From an uncultured Alphaproteobacteria bacterium (GTDB lineage Bacteria > Pseudomonadota > Alphaproteobacteria > Micropepsales > Micropepsaceae): a stretch of DNA of 64,000 bases. A program made the translations under genes and the position numbers. Positions within the stretch are counted from its first letter, which is position 1. Every line of letters begins with the position of its first letter. Shown one piece after another: positions 10,974-22,399 of the stretch. Below the pieces are notes generated by a model. It did no database searches and was not told the origin of the DNA. It saw only the letters and a list, made by a program, of their open reading frames with translations. Where the stretch lies: positions 14,214 through 78,213 of the forward strand of contig CAWDKN010000058.1 of NCBI GenBank assembly GCA_963802815.1, written 5' to 3'.

Positions 10974-12416
10974 ATGTCCGGCTTATCCTTGATCCTGCAG
11001 GCCATTCTCGCGGGCATTCTCGTGCTTCTCGCGGTCTTGTCGGCCCAGCTCACGACGTTGGCGCTCGTGCGTATTTTCCACGCCGCGCCGCGGCTTCGTC
11101 GCGCCGTCATGCCCGACGACGCCCTTCCCCATGTCCTCGTTCAGTTGCCGGTCTGCGACGAGGGGCCGCTTGCGGTCCGCGTGGCCGCCGCCGCGGCGCG
11201 CATGGACTGGCCGCGCGACCGGCTTCACATCCAGCTGCTCGACGACGGCGGGGCCCATAACCACGAGACGCTCGCCCGCGCGGTGAAGAGCGTTCTACCG
11301 GAGGGCGTGGACTTCGAGATCCTCCGCCGCGGCGACCGCATCGGCTTCAAGGCGGGAAACCTCGCCTTCGGCCTCGCCCATTCCGATGCGCCCTATGTGG
11401 CGATCTTCGATGCCGATTTCATTCCGCCGACCGACTTCCTCAGGCGCACCGTTCCCGTGCTGGTTGCGGATTCCGACCTTGCCTTCGTTCAGACGCGCTG
11501 GGGTCATGCCAATCGCACGCGCAACTGGCTGACGCGCGCCCAAGGGGTCCTCCTCGACAGTCATTTCGCCGTCGAGCAGGAAGCGCGCTATCGCATCGGC
11601 GTGCCGATTTCCTTCAACGGCACTGCGGGCGTGTGGCGGCGCGAGGCGATCGATCACGGCGGCGGATGGACGGGCGATACACTGACCGAGGATCTCGATC
11701 TCGCGATGCGTTGCGCGCTCAAGGGCTGGCGCGCTGCACTCGTTTCCGATCTCGAAGTGCCGGGCGAGCTGCCCGAGACGGCGGCGGCATGGCGCGCGCA
11801 GCAGGCGCGCTGGACCAAAGGCCACGCGCAATGCGCGCGCAAGCTCCTTCCGATGATCTGGGCGTCGAACTTCCCGCTGTGGAAGAAGGCAATCGTGTCG
11901 TTCCAGATCTGTCAGTTCGGATTCTACACGCTCGCCGCGATCAGCGCCGCCATCAGCCTGACGCTGATGTATATGGGCGTGCGCTACCTGCCGAGCGTGG
12001 CCATGCTCGGCTTCGGCGTCACCGTGCTCGGCCTCGGCGCCAGCATCTTCTATCTCTACCTCGGCCAGGCCATGCTGGCCCGGGACCGCAGGCTCGCGAT
12101 CACGCGCTCGATCTTTCTGGCGCTCGTCTTTCCGAGCGGGCTCATCCTGTCCAACACGCGCGCGACGTTCGACGCGTTCTTCGGCACACAGATGGTGTTC
12201 ACGCGCACGCTGCGCCCGCACGAGATCTATCGCGGCGGCTGGCGCGGCGGTCCGGAGCTCGTCATCGGCCTGCTCCTGCCCATGTTCGCCTTCTGGGAGC
12301 AGGCCTGGAGCGCGCCTTTCTTCCTTTTTGCCGTCGCAGGCCTTGTTTCCATCGGAGCGATGGGGTGGAGTGGAGCGAGCGCACCCGCGACCCGGGATAT
12401 CGCGCCGGGCGAATAG
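10974..12416 (+). CDS. Processive GT2 glycosyltransferase (cellulose synthase-like)
   Basis: VLVQLP, QLLDD, FKAGNL, FDADF, TED and QQARW (D,D,D,QxxRW) plus C-terminal TM helices. Confidence 0.9.
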   Translation: MSGLSLILQAILAGILVLLAVLSAQLTTLALVRIFHAAPRLRRAVMPDDALPHVLVQLPVCDEGPLAVRVAAAAARMDWPRDRLHIQLLDDGGAHNHETLARAVKSVLPEGVDFEILRRGDRIGFKAGNLAFGLAHSDAPYVAIFDADFIPPTDFLRRTVPVLVADSDLAFVQTRWGHANRTRNWLTRAQGVLLDSHFAVEQEARYRIGVPISFNGTAGVWRREAIDHGGGWTGDTLTEDLDLAMRCALKGWRAALVSDLEVPGELPETAAAWRAQQARWTKGHAQCARKLLPMIWASNFPLWKKAIVSFQICQFGFYTLAAISAAISLTLMYMGVRYLPSVAMLGFGVTVLGLGASIFYLYLGQAMLARDRRLAITRSIFLALVFPSGLILSNTRATFDAFFGTQMVFTRTLRPHEIYRGGWRGGPELVIGLLLPMFAFWEQAWSAPFFLFAVAGLVSIGAMGWSGASAPATRDIAPGE

Positions 12417-12551
12417 CCCGAAAAGGCGATTTGATCAGCCTATTTTGAACGGCCGTTAAAATCCGATCGATTGACCTAACGATGCCTTGGGTGGGGCGGA
12501 ATTAGTGTTGCGCCAGGGAACGGCAATAGCCGCCCGGGTCGAGGGGTTTGG

Positions 12552-13223
12552 ATGAGCGGGATGTTGCTTCGGCTCGCGGCTTTGGCCGCTTGCGCCGCCA
12601 TGCTGGCAGGGTGTGCCGGCAGCGATGACATCAATTCCTATGCCTCGAGGAGCGGCGTGCCGGAGGAGGCGCGCGACAGCGCCGTCACCACGCCGGACTC
12701 GCCGCTTCAATGCGTGCCTTATGCCCGCGAGAAATCCGGCGTCTCCATCTTCGGCGATGCCTATACGTGGTGGGATCAGGCAGCAGGGCGCTTCGAACGC
12801 GGCAACGCGCCGAAGCAGGGCGCCGTTCTCGTTCTCGCAGGCTATGCGGGACCAAACCGCGCCCATCTGGCGGTGGTGCACGACATTCTCTCGTCCCGCG
12901 AAATCCGCATCGACCACGCCAACTGGCTCGACGATGGCGCGATCTACACGCGCGATCCGGTGGTCGATGTCAGCGCCAGCAACGACTGGAGCGCGGTGCG
13001 GGTCTGGAACATCCGCGCGGGCAGCTGGGGCGCCAAGATCTACAACGTCCAGGGATTCATCGGGCCGGGTCCCGAGGAAAGCAGCGATAGCGACCTGATG
13101 GCCCAGGCCGCCACGCGGTCCAGCCGCGCGACGGCGGCGAGCTACGGCGCCTCGGACAACTCCACCCAGGGCGAACTGCCTGCCGACGATACGGCGGGCG
13201 ACGCTGGCGAAGCCAATAACTGA
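12552..13223 (+). CDS. CHAP-domain lipoprotein
   Basis: Lipobox LAGC; LQCVPYAR, GDAYTWW, HLAVV, IDHANW. Confidence 0.85.
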   Translation: MSGMLLRLAALAACAAMLAGCAGSDDINSYASRSGVPEEARDSAVTTPDSPLQCVPYAREKSGVSIFGDAYTWWDQAAGRFERGNAPKQGAVLVLAGYAGPNRAHLAVVHDILSSREIRIDHANWLDDGAIYTRDPVVDVSASNDWSAVRVWNIRAGSWGAKIYNVQGFIGPGPEESSDSDLMAQAATRSSRATAASYGASDNSTQGELPADDTAGDAGEANN

Positions 13224-13424
13224 GTGATTACAGCGCCTTAGGAAAAATCTGCGCCATACTGCCTCTCCCCTCTTTGAGGGGAACTGAGGCGAGAATACTG
13301 TCCGCGCGCTTTGGCGAGGCCGCGTTGTGCGGGAAGCGCAGAAGCAGGGATGTCAGCCGGACACCCCATTTTTGCGTTTAGGCTTTAGTACCCGCCTGGA
13401 CCGAGCGATTCGACCGCAAGTGCC

Positions 13425-15394
13425 TTGAACAAGATCGACACCAGCACCGCGGCTCTCGCGGCAGATCCACTCGCGGGCGCGACGCCTGACTCGAGTCGGC
13501 CGGCGCCTGCCCATGGTGGGGCGCCCGGCTCGTCGTCGCTCCGCCACGACGTGGCGCTCACGATCGGGGCGCTGGGCGTCGTCTTCGGCGACATCGGAAC
13601 GAGCCCGATCTATGCGACGCATCTGACAATCGTCGCGACCAGCGGCGCATTCAAGACGCATTATGCTGTGCTGGGCGCGATCTCGCTGATCTTCTGGTCG
13701 CTCATCATCGTCGTGACCGTCAAATATGTCGGCCTCATCATGCGCGCCGACAACAATGGCGAGGGCGGCGTTCTCTCGCTCGCCACGCTGGCACACCGTT
13801 CCCCCGGCCTCGGCCGGCGCGCGAAGACCGCGATCGGTATCGCTGCGATCCTGGGCCTCGCCCTCTTCTATGGCGACGGCATGCTCACCCCGGCGATTTC
13901 GGTGCTGAGCGCGGTCGAAGGCCTGAAGTCCGAAACACCGGCCTTCGCGCCGCTCGTCCTGCCGCTCACGCTCATCATCCTGCTTGGACTGTTCGCGATG
14001 CAGAACCGCGGCACCGCCAAGATCGGGCGCCTGTTCGGCCCGATCATGGTCGTGTGGTTCGCGGCGCTTGCCGTCATGGGTTTCGTCGCCATCCTGCATG
14101 AGCCTCGCATCCTCTTCGCGCTCAACCCCTATTACGGCCTCAGATTGTTCGCGCTGGCGCCCTGGACGGCGTTCGTGGCGCTAGGCTCGGTCGTCCTCGC
14201 GGTGACCGGCTGCGAAGCGCTCTACGCCGACATGGGTCACTTCGGACGCCGTCCGATTCGCGTGGCGTGGCTCGCGGTCGTGCTGCCCGCGCTCGTGCTC
14301 GATTATTTCGGGCAGGGTGCGATGGCGCTTTCGAATCCCAAGAGCCTAGATTTCCTGTTCTTCGCGCTCGCGCCGCGCTGGGCGCATTACCCCCTGGTAG
14401 CGCTGGCCACGATGGCGACGATCATCGCGTCGCAGGCGGTCATCTCCGGCGTCTTCTCCATCACCCGACAGGCGGTCCAGCTCGGCCAGCTGCCGCGCAT
14501 GGAGATCCGCCACACCTCGGCGACCGAATACGGCCAGATCTACGTCCCGAGGGTGAACGCCTTGATCGCGATTGGCGTGGTCCTCATCGTCCTGATCTTC
14601 AAGTCGTCGGATTCGCTCGCCGCGGCCTATGGCATCGCCGTCACGGGCGTGATGGTGATCAGCACGTCGCTCGCTGCGATCGTGGCCGCGCGCCAATGGG
14701 GCTGGGGAACGAGACTGTCCGCAGCCGTGTTCGGCTCGCTTGCGTTCATCGACCTGTCGTTCCTCGCCTCGAACTCGCTGAAGATCGTCGACGGCGGCTG
14801 GCTGCCGCTCGCCATCGCCGCGACAATCTTCGTCGTGATGGAGACCTGGCGGCTGGGCCGCCGCGCCCATCAGGAACGCATCCGCTCGGAATCATTGTCG
14901 CTGCCGCTGTTCCTGGAGCGCGCGGACAAGACGCCGATGCGCGTCGCGGGCACCGCCGTCTTCCTCAGCGCGCCGCGGGACGTCGTTCCCGGCGCGCTGC
15001 TGCACAACCTCAAGCACAACAAGGTGCTGCACGAGCGCGTCATCATCTGCAACGTCGTTGTGGAGGAGAAGCCGTTCGTTCCGCGCGAGAAGCGGGTCGA
15101 GGTCATCAAGCTCGGCAAGGGCTTCTTCAACGTGCGCATCCATCACGGCTTCTACAGACTCCCGACGTGCCCCAGGCGCTCGAGGAGGCAAGGCGTTTCG
15201 GCCTTTCGATCGACGTCGACACCGCGACCTTCTTCATCGGCCACGAGACGCTGGTGCCAGCCGAACACCCCGTGCTCGGCCGCTGGCGCACCTGGCTCTA
15301 CATGAAGCTGGCCTCGAACGCGCTGTCGCCGGCGCGCTTCTATCACCTGCCGCCCAACCGCGTGGTCGAGCTCGGCACACAGGTCACGATCTGA
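13425..15394 (+). CDS. kup: KUP/HAK potassium transporter (frameshift near 15157)
   Basis: GVVFGDIGTSPIY, DNNGEGG, EALYADMGHF, NKVLHE; C-terminus RVVELGTQVTI in a shifted frame. Confidence 0.93.
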
Positions 15395-15402
15395 GCGTGC
15401 GC

Positions 15403-16580
15403 CTACGCCAGTGCGAAGACGCAGGCTTTCAGGTAGGCGCTTTCGGGCAGCAGCGGATGGATCGGGTGGTCGGGCGCGCGCCCGCGGAGCGGATCAATGA
15501 CGCCCTGCGTTCCGCGCGCAGAAGACCGAGCGCGCATTCGGATTCGAACCTTTCTGCCGGCATGTTGTGCGAGCAGGAGGCGAGCAGGATGAAGCCGCCC
15601 GGCGCGGTGACGCGCGCCGCGAGCCGCGCGAGCTTGCGATAGGCTTTCGCGCCGGGTTCGAGATCCTTGCGAGATTTCACGAATGGCGGCGGATCGGCGA
15701 CGACGATATCGAACGTCTCGCCGGCCGCGGCCAGGCGCTCGAGCTCCTCGAGGACATCGGCCTTCAGGAATCGGCAGGCGACGCGGTTGGCGGCCGCGGA
15801 TTCCTCCGCCAGGGCGAGGGCGGGCGCGGAGCTGTCGAGCCCCGTGACATCGCGCGCGCCGGTTTTCGCCGCCGCGATGGCGAAGCCGCCGGAGTAGGTA
15901 TAGGCGTCGAGCACGGTCTTGCCTTGCGCGAGGGACGCCGTGAAGGCGCGGTTGTCGCGCTGGTCGTAATACCAGCCGGTCTTTTGCCCGCCGGAGGGAT
16001 CGGCAAAATAGCGCACGCCGTTTTCCTGGACCGTGACGCGGGACGCTTCGCCCTTCGCGGCGCGTACATAAAGATCGAGGCCTTCGAGCGTGCGCGCCGG
16101 CGCATCGTTCTTCAGGATCACGGCCCTTGGCGCGATGACGGCATCGAGCGCCGCCAGCACGGAATCGAGCACCGCTTCCATGCCGGCCGTGGTGATCTGG
16201 ACCGTGACGACGTCGCCGAAGCGGTCGATGGTCAAGCCCGGCAGCCCATCGCCTTCGGCATGCACGAGACGATAGAATGGTTCGCGATAGAGCGCCTCGC
16301 GCAAAGCAAGCGCGCGGCGAAGCTGCGCGGTCAGGAACTCCGCGTCGATGAAGGCGTCCGCTGCGGCATCGAGCAGCCTGACCGCGATAAGACTTTTCGC
16401 GTTGAAATAGCCGGTGCCGAAGCTGCGGCCGTCGTCGCCCATGACGTTGACGAGCGCGCCCGGGGCGAGCGCTTTGAGCGCATTGCTCATCACGACTTCG
16501 TTGGAGAAGGCCCATGGCGCGCCGGCACGAAGGCGGCGGCCTTCCTTTGGCTTCAGATGGACCGTCGGATGCTTCGGCAT
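15403..16580 (-). CDS. rlmI: RlmI-like class I SAM rRNA methyltransferase (frameshift near 15480)
   Basis: GAPWAFSNE PUA-like start, GQKTGWYYDQRDNR, DPPPF, ASCS; PDHP...ESAYLK C-terminus in a shifted frame. Confidence 0.88.
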
Positions 16581-16651
16581 ATTCTCTGGGGCGCTGTGTT
16601 GCCGCTCCGGGTAGCATGCGCGCGACGGCAGGCCAAACAATGGAGGGAAAA

Positions 16652-17921
16652 ATGGCGGAAAATCCGGCCCAAAAATTCGCTGCAATGGCGGGCAAATCGC
16701 CCGAGGAAGCCAAGTTCTTCTGGACGGGCGGCCCCATAGAGGCGGCGGCGCGGACCTGGTTTGTCTCGCAGTTCTCCGGCATCACCGCCTTCGAGACCGA
16801 TGACGGTCTGGTTCTGGTCGACACCGGCACGAAGCAGCTCGCGCCGGTGCTGGCGGCCCTGTTGCGCCAGAAGACGCAGGCGCCCGTACACACGGCCATC
16901 TACACGCATGGCCATGTCGATCATGCCTACGGCCTGCAAGCCTTCCTCGTGCCGGGACAGAAGATGCCGCGTGTCATCGCGCATTCGGCGATGCCCGCGC
17001 GGTTTGCGCGCTACGCCGCGACGGCCCGGCACAACGCGGCGCTCAATGCGCGCCAGTTCGGCGGCACCGTCGACGCGCAAAGCGCCGACGCCTATGCCGC
17101 CTTCGGCCAGCCGCCGATCCCGCCCGACACGCTCTACGACGACAGGCTCACGATCACGGTGGGCGGCGTGAAGTTCGAGCTCCATCATTGCAGGGGCGAA
17201 ACCGACGACCATACCTGGGTGTGGTGCGCGGAGCGGCGCGTCGTCTGCCCCGGCGACCTCTTCATCTGGGCCGTGCCGAACGACGGCAATCCGCAGAAGG
17301 TCCAGCGCTATCCCTGGGAGCGCGCCAAGGGATTGCGTGCGATGGCGGCGCTTGCGCCCGAGGCGCTGTGTACGGGACATGGCGGGCCGGTCGTGGGCGA
17401 CGCGGCGAAGATCGCGCGCATGCTGACGGAGACCGCGGATTTTCTCGAAACCGTCGTTGCGCGCACGCTGGCCGCGATGGAAGCGGGCTCGCCGCCGCAT
17501 GTGGACATCGTGACCGGGATCGAATTGCCGAAATCGAATTCACCGTGGCTCCAGCCCGTCTACGACGACACGGAATTCCTCGTCCGCAACGTCATCCGCT
17601 ACTACGGCGGCTGGTGGAGCGGACGGCCGAGCGAATTGAAGCCCGCGCCGCGCAACGCGCTTGCGCGGGAGATGGCCACACTTGCCGGCGGCGCGCAGAA
17701 TTCTCGCCGATCGCGCAACGGCGATTGCCGCGAGCGGCGATCTGAGGCTCGCCTGCCATCTCGCGGATTTCGCAATGGAGGCCGCGCCGTCCGACAAGGA
17801 CGTGCAGTCGAAAGTGGCGCTGCTCTATGAGCAACGGGCGCAGAGCGAGCAGAGTCTGATGGCAATCAACATCTTCAACTCGGCCGCGGCATACGCAAAG
17901 GCAGGCCGCGCTTTCGCCTGA
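16652..17921 (+). CDS. Alkyl/aryl-sulfatase-like MBL-fold hydrolase with dimerisation domain (frameshift near 17700)
   Basis: THGHVDH metal motif, GETDDH, GNPQKVQRYP, YGGWW; C-terminus in ORF 17661..17921. Confidence 0.85.
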
Positions 17922-18342
17922 CCCGCCGGCAATTGCGCAATTGCGGGATTAGCGCAACGCACCCAGCCCTCCCCCAATTGCGTTATTGCGGGGGCCGCGG
18001 TTGGCTTGCATCACTGCCGAAGGGGCAACTCGGCAGGACGACAAAGCATGGCTTCGCTTGGCATGCGCGAGACAGCCTCGGCGACCTCCTGACGAACCGA
18101 GGCTCTCTTTTCGCCGTCGAAGCGGCTTTCGTATTGCCCACACATGAAACTCGGACATCGCCACAAACACAGATTTTGCGCGGCGTTTTTGCCGGCTGCG
18201 CGCCCGGACGTTCGGTCGCAGCGCAGCGGAGCACGCGACGCCCTATGTAACCGCCCGTTGCGACCCGCGGGTCGCGAATTTCCAGCCATCACCAATGTCG
18301 GCGTCCGGGGGGAGCGCGACCGCTTAGGCTTCTGCGTGTGCA

Positions 18343-18849
18343 ATGAAAAACAATTCGGCATTCAAATCCCCGGCGCAGCTTCACAGCCCGCGACTGATAG
18401 CCCTCACCAAGGTGTGGCAAGGATTGGCCGGCGAACGGATCGCGCCCAGACGCTCGGACATCACACCCGCGCAGCTGCGCAACATCCTGACATCGGTCTG
18501 GATCATGGATGTGGTCGGCGATGCGGAGGATTTCCGCTTCCGCTTCGCCGGCGATCGCGTCGTCCAGTTCATGGGGTCGCGCTATGGCGGAACGCTTTTG
18601 TCCGAGCATCGCGACAAGGCGTTCTTTGACGGCATGCATCTCATGCTCGCGCATTCCGCGACGACGAAGCGGCCCTCAGCACTTGGACCCATGCGCAGCA
18701 CATATGCGGGCCGCGACTATCTCGAAATTGAGGTGGTGGCGCTTCCGCTTTCCGAGGACGACGTGAAGATCGATGCGTTGTGCGGCGGGCTCGACACTTG
18801 GCCGCTCGGGACTCACGTCAACAAGGGCGGTGGCGGCGGCTCCGGCTGA
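18343..18849 (+). CDS. PAS_5-like domain protein
   Basis: PRRSDITP...FRFRFAG...EVVALPLSED pattern typical of alphaproteobacterial PAS_5 proteins. Confidence 0.75.
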   Translation: MKNNSAFKSPAQLHSPRLIALTKVWQGLAGERIAPRRSDITPAQLRNILTSVWIMDVVGDAEDFRFRFAGDRVVQFMGSRYGGTLLSEHRDKAFFDGMHLMLAHSATTKRPSALGPMRSTYAGRDYLEIEVVALPLSEDDVKIDALCGGLDTWPLGTHVNKGGGGGSG

Positions 18850-18992
18850 CGCAGCAGCGGAAGGGAATCCGGCAGCCTGACCCACAAAAATTTGTGCCAA
18901 AACGCCTGCAAACCCTGCGGAAGTCCGCACGTGCTACTTGCATGACTGTGCCGTCACCTTTTAGATGCGGGTCCCAACTTGGAGGAAGACGC

Positions 18993-19289
18993 ATGGCCGT
19001 CGACGGCACCTGGAACATCACCGTAAATTCGCCCATGGGCGCACAAAAAAGCACGCTGACCTTCAAGACCAGCGGCAACACGCTCACCGGCTCGGCGAGC
19101 GGCGCGCAGGGCACCCAAGAGATTACCAATGGCAAGGTAGACGGCAACAACGTCTCCTGGGCACTTGCAATCACATCGCCGATGCCGATGACGCTCGAGT
19201 TCAGCGGCGCCGTCGATGGCGACAAGATCTCCGGCAACGTCAAAGCGGGCGCATTCGGCTCGTTCCCGTTCTCGGGCACGCGCGGCTGA
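18993..19289 (+). CDS. Small conserved beta-rich hypothetical protein
   Basis: GGAGG RBS; MAVDGTWNITVNSPMG...GAFGSFPFSGTRG; followed by a terminator. Confidence 0.8.
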   Translation: MAVDGTWNITVNSPMGAQKSTLTFKTSGNTLTGSASGAQGTQEITNGKVDGNNVSWALAITSPMPMTLEFSGAVDGDKISGNVKAGAFGSFPFSGTRG

Positions 19290-19312
19290 TCCGCTCTTAG
19301 AGTGTGCGTCTC

Positions 19313-19336
19313 AAGGGCGGCTTCGGCCGCCCTTTT
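19313..19336 (+). terminator. Rho-independent terminator
   Basis: AAGGGCGGC-TTCG-GCCGCCCTTTT hairpin with U-tract. Confidence 0.85.
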
Positions 19337-19360
19337 GTTTTGGTGCGCGACGTTCAACTC

Positions 19361-19864
19361 TCAATACCCGTTTTCAGGTCCGTCGTTGTCGTCGTAGCCC
19401 TTCCAGGGATCGAGGCGCGAGCGGTCGTCGCCGGCGCGCTGCCAGCCGGCGTCGTCGTCACGATCATGATGGCCGGTGTAATAACAATGACGACGTCCAT
19501 AGCCGTCGACCCAGACGCTGTAACCGGCTTCCACCTCACCACCGCCCTGCGTGCCTTCGATCTCGCTGACGCGATCTGACGTGCTTCTCTCCGACAATTC
19601 ATAATCGTACGCGGTCGATGCGCTTTCGCTGCGATGAGACCGCGCCCAGCGGCGGACATATCGGTGATGCCAGCGATGCGACGCGCCCGACGGAGTTGCG
19701 GCCGCTGTCTGGTTCGACGCGTCGGCGGCCGGGGCATCGGGTGGCGCCTGGGTGCAGTGGCAGGTCGCAGCGGCGGTCTCGCTCGCCGCCGGTTGCGACA
19801 ATTCGTTGCATGCGGTCACGACCAGCGAGGCCAGGCCTAGCGCAAGAAGCTGCAGGGTTTTCAT
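19361..19864 (-). CDS. Hypothetical lipoprotein
   Basis: MKTLQLLALGLASLVVTAC lipobox; low-complexity middle, His/Arg-rich patch, acidic C-terminus. Confidence 0.65.
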   Translation of the reverse strand: MKTLQLLALGLASLVVTACNELSQPAASETAAATCHCTQAPPDAPAADASNQTAAATPSGASHRWHHRYVRRWARSHRSESASTAYDYELSERSTSDRVSEIEGTQGGGEVEAGYSVWVDGYGRRHCYYTGHHDRDDDAGWQRAGDDRSRLDPWKGYDDNDGPENGY

Positions 19865-20014
19865 GGAATTCCGAGCCGTCCTTCGGCGTTGGTCGCGTCG
19901 CATATTGGGACAGCAAACCCCGTTAACGCTACGCAGTTTTACGGGCCCCGATTGCACCCCGGGGCAAAGCAGGCTTTAAGGCCGGCCCCGCGCGCTTTGC
20001 GCGCGATTTGACGG

Positions 20015-20708
20015 ATGCGCACGAACGCGCGCGGAAAAAAGCCCGCCTGGCGGAGTACCCCCGAGTTGAAGATTCATTCACAGGGCTGGCCGTTCATCGC
20101 CATTTTTGCCGCGATAAACCTGGGTTTGGCGGCTCTCTGGCCCTGGGCGGCGGTGGCGTTTCTTCCGCTGACGGTCTGGTGCGTGGCGTTTTTCCGCGAC
20201 CCGGACCGGATTGTCCCCGAGGGGTCGGGATTGATCGTGAGCCCCGCCGATGGCCGGCTTTTGCCGATCGCCGAGGCGCCTCCGCCCGCGGAACTCGGCC
20301 TTGGTCCCGCGCCGCGCATGAGGCTCAGCATCTTTATGTCGGTCTTCAATGTGCACGTGAACCGGATCCCGGCCGACGGCACGATTTCCGCCCTTGCCTA
20401 CACACCCGGCACATTCATAAATGCGTCATTCGATAAGGCGAGCGAGTATAATGAACGCATGGCCATCCGCCTGACGCTGGGCGGATCGGCGCGAGAACTT
20501 GTTTTCGTTCAGATCGCCGGCCTTGTGGCGCGGCGCATTCACTGTGAACTTTCGAAGGGACAGTCGGTATGCCGCGGCGCTCGTTTTGGAACTCATTCAA
20601 TTCGGCAGCCGGCTGGACGTCTATTTGCCCGAAGGAGCGCGCGTGCGCGTGAACGAAGGGCAGAACGTCAAGGCCGGCCAAACCATTTTGGCGGATTACC
20701 AGCCCTGA
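20015..20708 (+). CDS. psd: Phosphatidylserine decarboxylase (frameshift near 20590)
   Basis: [33 protein letters not shown]; the cleavage motif [10 protein letters not shown] lies in ORF 20499..20708. Confidence 0.9.
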
Positions 20709-21469
20709 TGGCACGGATGCGCCCGAATTTGCGCGAGGCCGTCGCCGACGGCGAACTGCCTTTGGCGCGCCATCTGCCGAGCATGCTCACGCTGCTCGGT
20801 CTGTGCTGCGGCGCCACGTCGATCAAGTTCGCCCTGTCCGCCGACTGGCATGCGGCAGTCGCCGCCATCGTCTGCGCCGCGATCTGCGATGTGCTCGACG
20901 GCCGCGTCGCGCGCCTCTTCGGCGCCGACAGCGATTTCGGTGCGCAACTCGATTCGCTGGCCGACCTCGCGAGCTTCGGCATCGCGCCGGCCCTCCTCGT
21001 CTATATGTGGACGCTGCACCATGCCGGCGCGGCAGGCTGGGCGGTATCGCTCATCTTCTGCGTCTGCTGTGCCATTCGGCTTGCACGCTTCATGATCGAG
21101 AGCGCCGCGCCGCATGACGAAGACGCATTGCCGGAGGCGCACTTCACCGGCATGCCGACACCCGCCGCGGCGTGTCTGATCCTCCTGCCGATGATGCTGA
21201 GCTTTCAGTTCACCGGCCCGCTCTTCACCAATCCGGTGGTCACCATGGCGATGATCGGAGCAACCTCGCTTCTCATGGTCAGCCGCGTGCCGACGCCGTC
21301 CTTGAAGCGAGTCCATGTTTCGCGTCAGGCGCGCAGCCCCGTAGTGGCCTTTGCGGGCCTGCTTCTCGGCTTTGCGATCCTGTGGCCGTGGTCGACGCTG
21401 ACCGTCAGCCTCATCGTCTACCTGGCCAGCATTCCCGCGACCGCGGCGTTCGCGCGCGACGCGGAGTAG
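20708..21469 (+). CDS. pssA: CDP-diacylglycerol--serine O-phosphatidyltransferase
   Basis: DVLDGRVAR...FGAQLDSLADLASFG CDP-alcohol phosphotransferase motif; TGATG coupling to psd. Confidence 0.88.
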   Translation: MARMRPNLREAVADGELPLARHLPSMLTLLGLCCGATSIKFALSADWHAAVAAIVCAAICDVLDGRVARLFGADSDFGAQLDSLADLASFGIAPALLVYMWTLHHAGAAGWAVSLIFCVCCAIRLARFMIESAAPHDEDALPEAHFTGMPTPAAACLILLPMMLSFQFTGPLFTNPVVTMAMIGATSLLMVSRVPTPSLKRVHVSRQARSPVVAFAGLLLGFAILWPWSTLTVSLIVYLASIPATAAFARDAE

Positions 21470-21610
21470 CCTCACCGATCGACCGCTGGATCGATCTCGC
21501 ATGAGGCCCGGTGTCGCGCGCAATCGTCTCGATTGCATGTGACGGCGTGCTCGCACACATTGTCCGCGTACTGTGTCCACCCTTACGAAGCGCGTATTGG
21601 AACCAGCGCC

Positions 21611-22324
21611 ATGTTCAAACCGATGCGTGTTGCCCCACGCAAACGGCCGCTCAAAAGCCAATCGAAACGGGTTGAGCTCGACGCCAAGCTGAAGCCCAGC
21701 CAGCATCGCGCGAAGGCGACTTACGAGACGATCCTCGTCGCCGCCGGCACATTGCTCGAAGAGGTCGGCATCGAGAGGCTCTCCACCAATCTCGTCTGCA
21801 AGCGCGCCGGGATCACGCCGCCTGCCCTCTACCGCTACTTCCCCAACAAGTATGCCCTGCTGAAGGAGCTCGGCGCGCGGCTGATGGCGGTGCAGGACGA
21901 AGCCGTGTTCGCGTTCATCAGGAAGCGCGGCTTGAAAATGACGGGCGTGACCGAGGAGGCGGAGGGGATTCGCGCCATTCAGGAAACCGTGAACCGGATC
22001 ACACGCGAATTTCCGGGGGGTGCCTGGGTGCTCCGCGCGCTGCGCGCCGTCCCGACGCTGGGCGAGGTCCGCACCGCCTCGCGCGAGGCGGTCGCCGAAA
22101 GCGTCTATGAGACGCTGCTGGCGCGCTATCCGCAGGCCGACAAGAAGGATCTTCGCATCGCCGCTACGCTGTCCATCGAGATGGGCTACACCGCGACCGA
22201 GCTGGTCATCGACGAGCCGGAGCTCGATTCCGACCGCATCAATGCCGAGATTTCCTACATGATCGCGCTTTATCAGCAGTCCTTTGCCGATCCGAAGCGC
22301 AAGACAAAGGCAGGCGGCAGGTAA
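21611..22324 (+). CDS. TetR-family regulator
   Basis: HTH LSTNLVCKRAGITPPALYRYFPNKYALL. Confidence 0.9.
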   Translation: MFKPMRVAPRKRPLKSQSKRVELDAKLKPSQHRAKATYETILVAAGTLLEEVGIERLSTNLVCKRAGITPPALYRYFPNKYALLKELGARLMAVQDEAVFAFIRKRGLKMTGVTEEAEGIRAIQETVNRITREFPGGAWVLRALRAVPTLGEVRTASREAVAESVYETLLARYPQADKKDLRIAATLSIEMGYTATELVIDEPELDSDRINAEISYMIALYQQSFADPKRKTKAGGR

Positions 22325-22344
22325 CGCTTGCCTGTATTATGGAC

Positions 22345-22373
22345 TTGCACGTTAGCTAGCCAAAGCTATCATT
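22345..22373 (+). promoter_or_regulatory. sigma70-like promoter with overlapping candidate operator
   Basis: TTGCAC-N16-TATCAT; TAGCCAAAGCTATCATT resembles the site at 26173-26189. Confidence 0.5.
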
Positions 22374-22399
22374 CCGTCACAAAGCCGAGGGGGCAGACG

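Noticed and set aside
13224-13424. Riboswitch upstream of kup
   Set aside because: Only a hairpin at about 13261-13290; no ydaO or other consensus recognised.
17933-18340. Several overlapping short ORFs upstream of the PAS gene
   Set aside because: No RBS or motif support and no frame is clearly preferred.
20015-21469. Apparent Psd-PssA fusion (484 aa)
   Set aside because: Caused by a frameshift near 20590; the psd FGSRLD motif and stop are in another frame and pssA has its own coupled ATG at 20708.
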